Assembly: GCF_964204865.1 (NCBI RefSeq)
Contig: NC_135263.1
Span: 4,712,001 to 4,776,000, forward strand
Length of the DNA stretch: 64,000 bases
Direction of reading: 5' to 3'
Origin: Styela clava
Lineage: Eukaryota
Positions within the stretch are counted from its first letter, which is position 1. The number at the start of each line of letters is the position of its first letter. Position numbers and translations under genes: made by a program. The notes below the pieces were generated by a model that had not been told where the DNA came from, searched no databases, and saw nothing but the letters and a program-made list of their open reading frames with translations. Below, piece after piece: positions 49,947 through 61,503 of the stretch.

Positions 49947-51827
49947 GTCTAGCGGTGAAACTTTACTGTGCAGGTATCACAAATTTCATTTACGTCCCTG
50001 GTTCAAATCCCTTGACACCACCTCCTCTGAATATTGATTGTGTATTCAAATTTAGCTTGCTACTAATCAGTTTGTCTTTTTGGCAGTTTTTAAATTGTTT
50101 TTGAGCATTGTGCATAGGCTCTTCATTCGCACTAGTATATAAACGTTTTATGACTGTATATCTTACCAGCACTTGTTGAGCAATTTTCTTTATTATCACA
50201 TTTTACAAAATCATAATATAAATACTCATGGAAGCACCATATTATTATTTGAAATCAGTGTCTTGATGTGACATTCGAGCCTAACAGTGCTTGCTCATTA
50301 GAGATAAATAACGTGATCCAAAAGGGATTTATCCAGATTGATATCCTCGTAAACTAGGTATAGAGAAAATGTGTTAGTCAGACCCAGGGCTTAGAAAATT
50401 CATACTCAACTTCAAGCCATATCAAAAGTGACTCCTGATTGAGAAAATTGAGGTAGATTTGGACTCAAGCTCCCAACTATACAAACTTTTGCGTATGCGA
50501 GCTCAGCTGAGTCGGGGGCCTTTTCAGTTTTCTATTATCACCATAACGAATTTTCCACACATACCCAATTCACCACACCTCTGTTTCGGCACAATTTTTT
50601 CTTGTTCAAAATTAGTGATAAATGTATATAAATTCCCTGAGCATGACGTCACATGATCTCTATTTATGATAAACTTTGTTTGCAAAAATCTGATCAACAA
50701 CCTGTAAATACCCGTTCTATTGAGCACAGTAACAATTCAATTTTTCGTCTTTTTTGTATTCAAGATGTTCAGTTCAGCAATAAACAAAGTGCAATTTTGA
50801 AGAAATTATGAGAAACAATAAATTGATAAAGACAGTACAAAGTAGCTTTCAAAGTTAGTGTGTTTTATAGGGTCAGTATATATTTATTCATATCCGTTCA
50901 ACACCCATTGACATTCAGTATGTTGCCTATGCAGCTGACAAGGGACTCTGTTTGAGGAAAAATTGACCAGTTGACCACCATTCCATGCCCTTGGTAATTG
51001 CTTTATATAGCTGTTCATCATACTGGGACACAATCAGGGAACCCTGCTCTAGAACTATTTCAATGTGGTTCAAGTTCATATGGAAATATGTCCAAATTAT
51101 TGACATATGTCTTGTTAGTTAGTGATGAGTCAAGCAGCAGCTTTATTGTTGGAAAACCCAACGAAATGCACCGGCGCTCAATTGTTGAATATGCAATATT
51201 TGACCAATATAATAATGTAATGTAAAGAAGAAACTGTTTATAAAGTAACATTTGTGTATATAAGTACTGTTTCTATATTAAAAGGGAACAAATATTAGTA
51301 CAAATTACAAATATATTAGTGTAAATATATTTATTCTTTTGGGTAGACCTGAAAACCATGGAATAAATACGAAAATTTTTGCGAATCAGTGCTCTGCTCA
51401 CTAAGCAGATTCCATATCCAATTTTGCAACAAGCAAAAAAAAATCATAAGATTGTTGAAATCAGCCATATGGCACACTATTACCCAAAGAGCTTATATCA
51501 ATCTTGGAGAGATTAATTATTTTTGCCCATCTAGCCATTAGGCTTTGTCATAGAATTCCTTTGCTCGCATCACTGGATCACAATCCCCAAATTGGCCTTA
51601 AATCTTACAACCAAATGTATTTACTCCGGCACCATTAAGTCAGTAACTTCTCAGAAATGAGAGTGTATTTTGAGTGATTTTGTTCAGTCTTGCTTTTAGC
51701 AAATTCAGTTGAAAATGCCTGAAACTATGGTAACTATATATGGCTACAACTGGGCATATAGCTAATCAGATATGGTAGGAACTTTATGATTAGAGACAGA
51801 TAATAATTTACTACTAGCAAATTTCTG

Positions 51828-53354
51828 TCAATGTTTATTAGGCTTATCATTTAACATGTTTGATTTTGTACATTTTGAATTATCTTCTTTTGCTTCTGCT
51901 GAATATTCTTTTAAAACAGCTTTTCCTGTGTCTTTTGCAGCTCTTTTTGCAATCGCTTTTAGTCCAAGATTATCGAGATTGAATGCGGTTTTGCCGACGT
52001 TAACAACTGATCCCATTGCATGGCTTGTAGCAGTACCAGCCTCCTGTCCATATTTCAGCTGGACGTTCTCTACTGTGGCAGATGAAACTGATCGTGCAAT
52101 AGCTAAACCGGATTTTTCCAGTTCTGCCCAGACTGTACCGAATCCAGCCAGTCCAGCACCAGCAACTTTGATCACGCCATCCATTTTAGATTCTCCTTTT
52201 TGGTCTTTTGATGTTACCGAATCTGGTAAAACTTTTTTACTATAATCCTTAACATGTGGGGCAATTTCTTGACTTACTTTGCTTGTTATAGCACATAGAC
52301 CATCGACCAAAAACCTACTGACTTTAACAGTTGCTCTTGATGCTTCATGGGTGTAATATAACCCCTTTTTAACAGTTGGGTTTACTGTAGAAGGCTCATC
52401 ATTTGGTGTTATACTTTCTTTCAATTTATTTGACCCCTTTTTTATCAGATCTGTTGTAATTTCTGCTCCCTTATTGAGGCCGTAGCTCAACCATTCAGCA
52501 CCCGTTTGTATACCACCAACAATTTTATCACTTATAGACGATTCCTCCGTAACATGTACAGAATCGGACAAGTTCAAAACATCTTCTCCTTCAGCGATTT
52601 CTTGTGAACGAAACAGTGCCAAATTCTGCAGGATATTCTCGAATGTTTCTACCAACCCTGGATCTATTTCACTAGATATTACTATGCCAATGGAACCAGG
52701 CGATATGCCACCAGATGTGCGATTCGGAAACACATAAGCACCATTTGACATTTTTAAGGCCGGTGTCTCACCGCTTACAAGAGGGTAAATCCAATCCGAA
52801 ACTTGCACAAATGCTTGTCCAGTGCTTTCTAGGACATGGACTTTCAAGAACGTAGGATAAGAGGGTGGGGTCGTCCCTACTTCTTGATCCGCAGATACGA
52901 AAAATATCTGGACACCGCTTGGGATGGCAAGTAGTTCCAAAGCACCAGACATGTCATACATTTCCTCCGCTGCGACAGATAATGATTTATGACCTTCTGG
53001 TAATGCTGAAGAATAAGTAGGAACATCCGGTGAGTTGTTATAACTATGAGCATCTGCATTAGATTCCTGAATATCATAAAGTCTTTGCTTTGTTTTTACT
53101 TGTGCTTTAAGCATATTTTCTTGTTGGCGTTTTGCAACTTCCCATTCGGCTCCAACATATTCTGGCCCAGTAATATCCACCCTTACTCCATCTTCTAAAA
53201 ATTTCAAAGCCTTCATATAAATTTCAACAGCAAGGTTTGTATTTCCATTTTCATCAGCTTCCAGAGCATTCCCAACGAACGTCATAGAGTTTTGATAACA
53301 TGCATTGATTTCACTTAACTTATTGTAATCTGCACTTTTACCACCAGTTGCCAT
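51828..53354 (-). CDS. SPART: Spartin-like protein, paralog B (MIT + senescence domain), uninterrupted 508-aa CDS
   Basis: 'ALEADENGNTNLAVEIYMKALKFLEDGV...EWEVAKRQQENM' (MIT), 'AFVQVSDWIYPL', 'GAEWLSYGLNKGAEIT', 'GFGTVWAELEKSG...KYGQEAG...FNLDNLGLKAIAKRAAKDTG'. Confidence 0.92.
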   Translation of the reverse strand: MATGGKSADYNKLSEINACYQNSMTFVGNALEADENGNTNLAVEIYMKALKFLEDGVRVDITGPEYVGAEWEVAKRQQENMLKAQVKTKQRLYDIQESNADAHSYNNSPDVPTYSSALPEGHKSLSVAAEEMYDMSGALELLAIPSGVQIFFVSADQEVGTTPPSYPTFLKVHVLESTGQAFVQVSDWIYPLVSGETPALKMSNGAYVFPNRTSGGISPGSIGIVISSEIDPGLVETFENILQNLALFRSQEIAEGEDVLNLSDSVHVTEESSISDKIVGGIQTGAEWLSYGLNKGAEITTDLIKKGSNKLKESITPNDEPSTVNPTVKKGLYYTHEASRATVKVSRFLVDGLCAITSKVSQEIAPHVKDYSKKVLPDSVTSKDQKGESKMDGVIKVAGAGLAGFGTVWAELEKSGLAIARSVSSATVENVQLKYGQEAGTATSHAMGSVVNVGKTAFNLDNLGLKAIAKRAAKDTGKAVLKEYSAEAKEDNSKCTKSNMLNDKPNKH

Positions 53355-54966
53355 CTTTATAAATAAATATTAAACACTCTTGCACATAATAAAATAATAG
53401 TTTTTCAATTAGATAGTAAATTGGGAAATAATCGTTTCGTTTCCATGTTTCGGTTTTTTAATTTAAATCCCATCCCCCCAAATATAAATATGAATAATAT
53501 AATAAAAATCTAAACAAATACAAATTAATACCATTAGCATGATGTCATTAATTTAATATATTCCAATATTATGTCCACAGGAATTCAGTTTATTCACTAA
53601 CTGAAAAACAGTAACTAAATCCCTCCATCCGCCCTTCCTAATTGCTATGATAAATCGGCGGGGACTCCCCTATAAACATCATAATCACGTGCACAAGCGC
53701 GTGACGATAATCGATATCCTGTTTTATGAGAGAAAGAGATTTATTGCCACAAAACAAAGTCAACATTATTATAAACATAATACAATAACGAAAATATGTC
53801 AGCGGTAATGACAGTGATTGATTATTGCGGACATGCCCAATGATAAGATTTTCGCAAAAAGCATTTTTTTATTGGGCATTGACCGGGATAAAAATGGAAT
53901 AATAGGGACGAGAAATAATATCATCACAGATTCAGCATTATAGCGAGCGCATGAAGAAAAGTATCATTTCCCACCTCAATTAGTTCACGAGAAGAATACA
54001 GGAAAAAAAATTGTAATAAGCACATGAAATGGATGTTTCCCCCGATTTTGATGCTTATTTTGACAGTGTTTCTGCTGATAGTCGCTTATAAAATGGTTTA
54101 CATATTTAAAACTTCTATTTTTATTAAAATATTCAACCACGTGCAATTTTAGCCCAGTGGTTTAACTATCTCTGTGGTTTAACGCTGCAATTCCTGATTA
54201 TTGCACCTAAAGTAAGGCGCGTCGGAAGAAAGAATGACAATCAAGCTATTTGTTTTGAAACTGATTTTTGGAAACACAAATAAAAACTGACAAATAACAC
54301 GCAACACTACGAAAACAACGCAATGTTTACAACCACGATTAAATATCTGTCTGAACGGAAGAAATATCCGAGTACCACAAATTACAATAGTTACGTCCTT
54401 GTTAACTTATTGATGATTAGCCTTTGTTACGACAATAAAAAGGAAATCAATCCCGGCGGAAAAAAAGTATTACAATAAAACATTTGTTCTCAAAGTGGGG
54501 TCCGCGGTCGCATAGGGGTCCGCGAAGCGATTCTGGGAGGACCGCGAAGCAACCGACACAGAAGCACTGCTGTGATGGTTTTCATAAGAGAGAGTGCTGA
54601 AAAAAGTTTTGATATTTTTTGTAAAAAATAAACAGTTCTCTACAAGAAGTAAAACATGATTTAGGGCCCATTCACACCAACGCAGTGCGTTGCGTTATAT
54701 TTTGACGCAGATGCAACGCAATGCGCTGAACTTGTTCACACTGCGTTGCGTTGACGCATGTCAAAAGGTCAAAAGGCCCGTATTTTGGATCAGGAACTTG
54801 ATAGGCATTGTGTTTAAGAGCAGAGTAGGTAAGACAGCTGTTGTTTGGATATAAATTTGAGACGTTTTGGCGATTGTATAATGCCGTTGTATATCAATGA
54901 TAGTTATTATTTTCAAAACAATGAAAAATGTACAATGATTTTTATACAGATTGATTAGATATCGGT

Positions 54967-55941
54967 ATGGCAGGTATGGACTTAGAACATCTCATAGTTG
55001 AGGTCAGAGAAAGGAAGTGTCTTTACGCTGTAAAAGAAGCAGCCTACGGGGATACAATTAAAAAGGGAAAGGCGTGGGAAGAGGTCGCAGAGGCGTTGGG
55101 AAGAAGTGGTAAGAAAATGAGTATGAGCCTAGAATAGTTATCTGTTACTATATTGCATCTAAAACCAATTAGGAAGAAATTAAGTAAATGCAAGATAACA
55201 GAATAAACTTCAAAGTTAATTGCTTTTCAGTGACAGATTGTAAGACCAGATGGAGATCTACAAAGGATAGGTATAGGAAAGAGAAAAGAAGGGAATCAGA
55301 GGCTACGAGGAGTGGGGCAGCAGCAGGGGGATATAGAGCATGGAAGTTCATGGAGGTGCTAAAGTTCCTAGACGAGCACGTCGACTTTCGAACGTAAGTA
55401 TTATTTGCTTTCGTAACAAACGCAATAATATTTCTAATCCCTACCCCACAGTATCAACGGTCGCAAATGACTGACTGACTACTCCAGATCTCGGAACCCC
55501 AAACTATGACCATGTAACTTACTCTTTTCCAAAGAACGTCTTCAAATATTGACGAGGATGTCACTCTTGTGGTGCTCCAAGATGGAAATAATGTCCAAAT
55601 GAGTGGTGAAGCTGACAACTTACCTAATATGAACACCAGTTGCACTACATCAGCATCTGATAAAGATGCACTTACAAAAGCGACTGATCTTGACGAAACT
55701 ATCATGAGTCTTGTCAACAAAGGTATTTAATTCTAAAACCTTTCCATGAGGCATATTTGTGTCACACAAATGATTTCCAATCTAATAATCATACCTTTAT
55801 TTACATACAGAGAGTGATGATGCTGAAAAATTTGCATTGAGCCTCGTAGATACTCTACGCAGGCTACCAGTACAACGTTTGCAACTTGCGAAAATTAAAA
55901 TTCATGAGCTTCTGTACAACATCGAATTTGGGGAAATATAA
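54967..55941 (+). CDS. Harbinger DNA-binding protein: MADF (Myb/SANT-like) domain plus C-terminal BESS-like motif, 207 aa, 4 exons
   Basis: Exons 54967-55108, 55231-55393, 55535-55722, 55811-55941 (624 nt, in frame): MAGMDLEHLIVEVRERKCLY...KGKAWEEVAEALGRSVTDCKTRWRSTKDRYRKE...WKFMEVLKFL...DDAEKFALSLVDTLRRLPVQRLQLAKIKIHELLYNIEF. Confidence 0.88.
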
Positions 55942-55978
55942 TTTACTTGGAACACATTGTTTTCAATTATTGATTATA

Positions 55979-56199
55979 TGGTAATCCTGAAGTATGTGAA
56001 CGAAGATGGCAGACACCGAACTTAGTATGTCTACCAGGTTAGGTTTAGGCAAAATTTTCAGGTACAAATACTAAGGGAGTCGCTTGTCTAGTCCCCGAAC
56101 TAAAATAAGGAAAATTGGAATAAATTATGGCCTAAACCTAACCTGGTAAACATACCAGGTTCAGGTGTCCATCTTGGTTCACATCCTTAGGGAGTACCA
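55979..56199. mobile_element. MITE family B copy between the two Harbinger stop codons
   Basis: Long imperfect TIRs, colinear with 30361-30597. Confidence 0.8.
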
Positions 56200-56267
56200 A
56201 ATATACTAGCATATCAGATTTGTAATACCTCTGCAGTTCAGTAATCATCTATAAAATTGTTAAAAGA

Positions 56268-58674
56268 TCAGCAATGGTGCCATTGCCAGGGCACAGCACC
56301 TTCCCCTGCAAAGTAGTTGGCAAAGGTGTTGCGAACAGATTGTGCGCTCTGTGTTGCACGGCCACCACTCCCGGGTATGTCATGCAGCAGTTGAGTGGAC
56401 ACTGTAATATTATCGTCAACTGGTGCAGCCCCAGCAACATCTCTTCTCAAAAAATTGTGTAGGCAGCATGTTGCCTTTATGACAGAGTCGATATTGCTGG
56501 GCTTCAATGGTATTGGTCTGTGATAGACTCTCCACTGATTAGCTAAGATGCCAAATGTGCTCTCTACCATTCTTCTTGCCCGCGATAGGCGATAATTAAA
56601 GATTCTTTTCTCCTGCGAGAGACCATTGCCAGGAAATGGTCTCATCAGATTTTCTTTCAAGGGAAAGGCTTCATCCCCAATGAATACGAACGGAACAGTA
56701 GGTCCATCCGTTACTGGCAATGGCCTGAAAATAAATTTGCCCTATTTAGCCAGAAATACAAAATGAGGTTTAGGTAGGAGGTTTTTCTGCATAAACATGC
56801 TTCATTTTTATGGGTTATTACTAAGTTGTTAAAATAATAAGCCTTTATTACTTAGGTGTAAAGAAAAATCATAGCCTGTTTCGTTATAGAAAAAAACATC
56901 AGCAGTCATTTTCAAGTCTAGGTGGACTACTAGCTTAAATAACCCACCTTGGTGAGGGTAGACTCAAGGTTCCATTCTGCAGGCGACGGCCAAAACATGA
57001 GTTCGCAAATATTCCCCCATCGCTTGCTCTGCCATAGGCGCCAATGTCCACCGCAAGAAATTTATAACTGAAAAATATGAATTTCATTGAATTCTTGATG
57101 GCACTGTTTGGAATAAATGCCCATGTATAATCCACATAATATTGGGAAATAATTGGTTTCTAATTTATTTAGCCATTCATAGAAAGCAACCACAAGTGGT
57201 AAGTTACAAAAATTGTTTACCTATGAATACAAATTAGTGTGATACAAAATCAGGTTTAATATTTACCATGCATCAACGATAGCCAGGAGCACAATGCTAT
57301 GCGTTTTTTTGTAATTGTAATACAACGATCCAGCATTGCTAGGACATTTAACAACAACATGCTTTCCATCAATAGCGCCCAAACAGTTTGGAAATTGCCA
57401 TTTTTTGTGAAAAACATCGGCAACCTCAGTCCATTCGGAACAACTTGATGGGAATTTGAGGAAATCCCCTCTCAATGCATCCCATATTGCAGAACATGTT
57501 TCTGAGACAATGTTGCTCACAGTTGATATGCCAAGACGATAGCTGTTAGCTATAGTTCTATAGCTATCGCCAGTAGCTAAGAATCTGAAAAAATGAAAGA
57601 TAAAGTAAAGCAATTGACACATTATGTAATAATAAATAACAAAATATGCTCATGTGTGAATGAATTTATAAATAATAGTCTATCATAAAATGGAAACATA
57701 TTTTTATATGCGGCCAATGGCAAACACGAGTGCACATTATTATCAGATACAAGCTGATTACTGTGATGTTTATCCCTGGATATACAAATGTTTGTATTTG
57801 CTATCTGAATAAGTGTTTCTTAACCTGTTATATCATAGACATAAACTTCTGAATAGCTCATCCATATTTTTGGTTTCACAAAGTGATATAATGAACCGCT
57901 TTTGCTAACTTATCAGCTAATGTACCTCAATGTTACTGCAATTCTCTCTTCTGGTGGTATCGGCTTCCTGAATGCTGTAGCTTGTTTACTTATAACAGGC
58001 CCAACTAAAGTTATTAAAATTTGAAAGTCTTCGACTGACATGCGGAGGTAGGTCTCAAAATAGCTTCTCCTCTCCAATCTCATCTCTTTCAAAAGCCTGT
58101 GGTACTTGCCTGTTAACGTTACAATATTCAGATATTTCCCGTTAAGGTACCGGTAATCATTCAATATGATATATATTTTCAAACCTCTCAAATACTACTT
58201 TTTGCACTAAAATGAGCTGTAGACTATCAGTAGAGGGTACCGTAATACTACAGTACTATGATAAGCACTGTCCAGACTGTCAGAACACCTTTCAGCTTTT
58301 TAACTACTGAACTAGATCAAATACCTGAATACTGGAATATGGCACCGGTCTAAAGGGCTAGTATGGTATGTTAACTGTTAAATCTAGAACCATGTAAGTA
58401 GCAAATTCTGTTTATTACAAACGGCTAGAAATACGGTGCAGTCGTATACGTACGGTACCGTACCCAGGTACGGTACCGTACCGTACTGGGGTACGGTAGG
58501 CCTACCTACTGCTGTACTGTGAAAATACTGCAATACTGGTACCGTACCTCTAGTCTCTCTTCTCTGCAAAATAGGATGCACCCACCACCTTCTTCTTTTG
58601 CATCTATTTTTTTTATCCTTGCGTCTTTTCAGCCACAACAGTAATCCCAATTTTTGATGTTTGCTCAAAGCCAT
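56268..58674 (-). CDS. PIF/Harbinger DDE transposase (HARBI1/ALP1-like, DDE_Tnp_4), 401 aa, 5 exons
   Basis: Exons 58674-58548, 58109-57926, 57584-57267, 57067-56948, 56724-56268 (1206 nt, in frame, no internal stop): RRWWVHP, YLRMS, ERIAVTLRFLATGDSY (HTH), FPNCLGAIDGKH (D), YYNYKKTHSIVL, GRASDGGIF, IGDEAFPL (D), FNYRLSRARRMVESTFG (E), LHNFL. Confidence 0.95.
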
Positions 58675-58952
58675 CGCCAAACCACAGAACAAAGCACCGG
58701 AACTCAACTCAAATCTCAGACAACGCAGCGCGTCAACGCAAAGGAATGTTTCCTCGAGAATTCGTTGCGTTGACGCAGTGCGCCAAAATGATGCGTTAAC
58801 GCAACAACGCAAGTTTACTTAAACAATTAAAGAATAACGCACTGGTGTGAACAGATGTGAATGGGCCCTTACATGACATAATCATTTGCATGATGAAACA
58901 AAACATTGTTTTCTGGCGCTTGCCTCTGACACCCTACTCGATACTAAAAAAA

Positions 58953-60328
58953 ACTATTTTCCCAAACTATGGGTCACGAATCCGGATGGGTCGCGTGAAG
59001 ATTTTCCGGGGTCGCCTTTTTTGATCATGTTACATCCGAATACGTTGTTGACCCGCTCGTACGCGAATTGGATTTATTGCAACAATGCAAGTCTGCGAGA
59101 AATTACGTTTTTTTTTATCAGAGTCGTCCAGCGTTTATCACACTGTGTGTCGCAAGAGCTTCTCAGGTGTGCCGCGGAGCTTTTTGAAATTTTAGAAAAT
59201 AAGCTATTCGTATTACACATAGACAAGCATGCAACGGGAAAGCTTGTGAGACTTGAGTATATAGTATTAGACATGTAATATAAATACAATTGCCCTTACG
59301 TTGTAGTAAGAGTGATTTTCTACTATTACTGAAATTAAAAGCAAAAAAGGGAGCGACGGAACCTCATTTCAGTTGCTTCTCAAAACAGACACACACATCG
59401 CATTAACATTTGCAGAATATTTTGTTTAAAGATAACTTTATTTTGTTACAAGTGTGCCGCAGAATATTTTTCATTCGCCAAGTGCGCCGTGAGCAAAAAA
59501 AGTTCGAGAACTACTGGTGTAGCCGCTTGGTTGTGGAATATACAAAGCAAAGTTGCTTTATTTAGCGGAGTATTGGCACTTAGGTTTCGATCAGTTTCGA
59601 AAGCACTTTGTTAATTTGCGCACGTGTTCAAAATCCACGAGTCGGCTGCGTGTTTTGTCCACATCGACCCCACAAAAAAGTGAACATTTTCGTATTGCAA
59701 TATTTCGTATTTAGGTGTTTCATATATAATTTCGACGCGTTCCGAGCATTCAAACACAAAATCACAACAAGTTCCAGCATAATAAAAAGCACCTGGAAGA
59801 TGTGATTCCGTACACGTTTTCCCTATTTTACTCTAATGCTCTGTTTTACTTTAAAATCAATAATGGAGCAATCTGTAATATGTTAACATTGTACTAAAAT
59901 TAATAAAGACACTGTTAGAATATACTAAATAAGATTGGAAATTTATGTATGAAGAAGCATCTTACTATTTTCGAAGTATATATATATATCATAAGCTTTC
60001 TTACAATCTACCACGTTTATCAAGTCCGTCTATGTTTTGCCAAGGAACCGTTATGATTCTGATTTAAAAGATTTTTACATTGTGGTTTTCATACGAAGTC
60101 ATGAGTTATCAAATCTTCCTAAGTTCCTCCGTTTTCCGGCGCATTGCCGGACTCGTTCCTATATTTTTGGTCCAATGTACACCGGCAACGTCCAGTTCCC
60201 ATTGAGTTAATTAAAATGATGAACAGTAATGATTTCTGAAGTTGCTCAACGTTTGTGGGGTCGCGAGTATCTGTGGGCTTTGATTTTATGAAAATTGGGG
60301 TCGCGAAAAAAAAGTTTGGAAACCACTG
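58953..60328. mobile_element. Degraded hAT MITE, itself containing a MITE at ~59129-59517
   Basis: Ends 'ctattttcccaaactatgggtcacg' / 'ggggtcgcgaaaaaaaagtttggaaaccactg'; inner element 'cagcgtttatcacactgtgtgtcgc...gtgcgccgtgagcaaaaaaagttcgagaactactg'. TSDs are not clean. Confidence 0.55.
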
Positions 60329-60929
60329 CTTTAGTGGACCGCGAGTCCTCAAAAAAATTGCAGGGGTCCGTCAAACAAAATTTTTCGAAAAGTTTGAGAA
60401 CCACTGCAATAAAAGGACGCGAACTCACACTTTCTTTATTAATAGGCTTACTATACGTCCCGACGAGTGAGCCAAAAGTCCCGCATTTGCGTTCAGCCAT
60501 CCAGCATAATACACGATCATGTTCACGTTACTGTTGTTGCTGTGTAGCGCAACGCTAGCGTACTTACTGAAGGTGAATGTGGTATTTTGTCTGTTTCGTT
60601 GTTTCCCGCTAACATTGTTAGCGAACGTATCACATGAAAATCAATTCTAATTGGTCCTGTTCGGACATTCGTGTGAATGTAACATTGAACAACGTTTTTT
60701 TAAAGGTGTTATCTACACAAAAGCATGCTTGGGCGAATAAGTAAATTCTCAATGCTCGAAAACGGCAAACTATTTCATTATTATTTATCCCTTTTGCTGT
60801 ACATAAAAAATCTAAACTTGGATCATTTGTATCGTTAGCGTCTATTCCTTTCTATTTTTCGAACTGAACCCGATATTTAGACAGAGAATATGCGCATGAA
60901 CTCTCGATGACAATAAATATGGTCAACGA

Positions 60930-61495
60930 AGACAGCCGGGATGGCTTGAATGTAGGCCTATGTAGTAAAATCGGAAACTGTAAAGTTACAGGAGGGGTCC
61001 CGCTTCGAAGTCAAAAAATTTGTTGCAGTGACTTCTAGATAGCAAATGCATAGACATGTTCGGATTTTGCAAAGATGGCTCTGAAAGTGCTCATTCCCTT
61101 TGCTGCAATAACCTACGAGTGCGAGGCAGCTTTTTCCACTATACTCAGTAGTGGGATTCAGTCGGTTCGCACCGGTTCTATAGAACCGTCTCACGGAATT
61201 TTATGAAATCAGCAAACCGGTTAGCATTACTGGTTACTGTCAATGTTAAGTTTGTAACAGAACCGGCTGAAAAATATGACTTTTGTGAAGGAACCGGCTG
61301 ACAAAAAATTTGAATCCCACCACTGACTATACTTCATATCGAAACAGACCGGGTGTCACACATGACATAAAAGTTGCGCTTTCCAAAACCCAACCCAAAA
61401 TATATGTTTTGTTTTAGTGCACAAGGCCGGGAATCATTAAAAAATTGCAAGGGGTCCGTTATTGGATTTTGTTCAAAAAGTTTGCAAAACCACTG
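60930..61495 (+). mobile_element. 3' remnant of a hAT (Buster/Charlie-like) transposon
   Basis: With the inserted MITE removed, 61081 onward reads LKVLIPFAAITYECEAAFSTILHIET (hAT dimerization-domain motif); right TIR tttgcaaaaccactg ends at 61495. Left end not found. Confidence 0.65.
61146..61325. mobile_element. 180-bp hAT-type MITE inserted in the transposase remnant
   Basis: TIRs cagtagtgggattca / tgaatcccaccactg; perfect TSD actatact (61138-61145, 61326-61333); aaccgg subterminal repeats. Confidence 0.9.
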
Positions 61496-61503
61496 CGCTA
61501 GGC

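Larger units (their letters stand above)
54664..58868. mobile_element. Full-length PIF/Harbinger DNA transposon (4205 bp)
   Basis: Perfect 13-bp TIRs gggcccattcaca / tgtgaatgggccc; TSD TTA (54661-54663, 58869-58871); tgcgtt/aacgca subterminal repeats; two convergent spliced genes. Confidence 0.95.
54481..60406. mobile_element. hAT (Buster-like) non-autonomous element hosting nested insertions
   Basis: Ends catttgttctcaaa / tttgagaaccactg with perfect 8-bp TSD caataaaa (54473-54480, 60407-60414) and ggtccgcg subterminal motifs. Confidence 0.8.
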
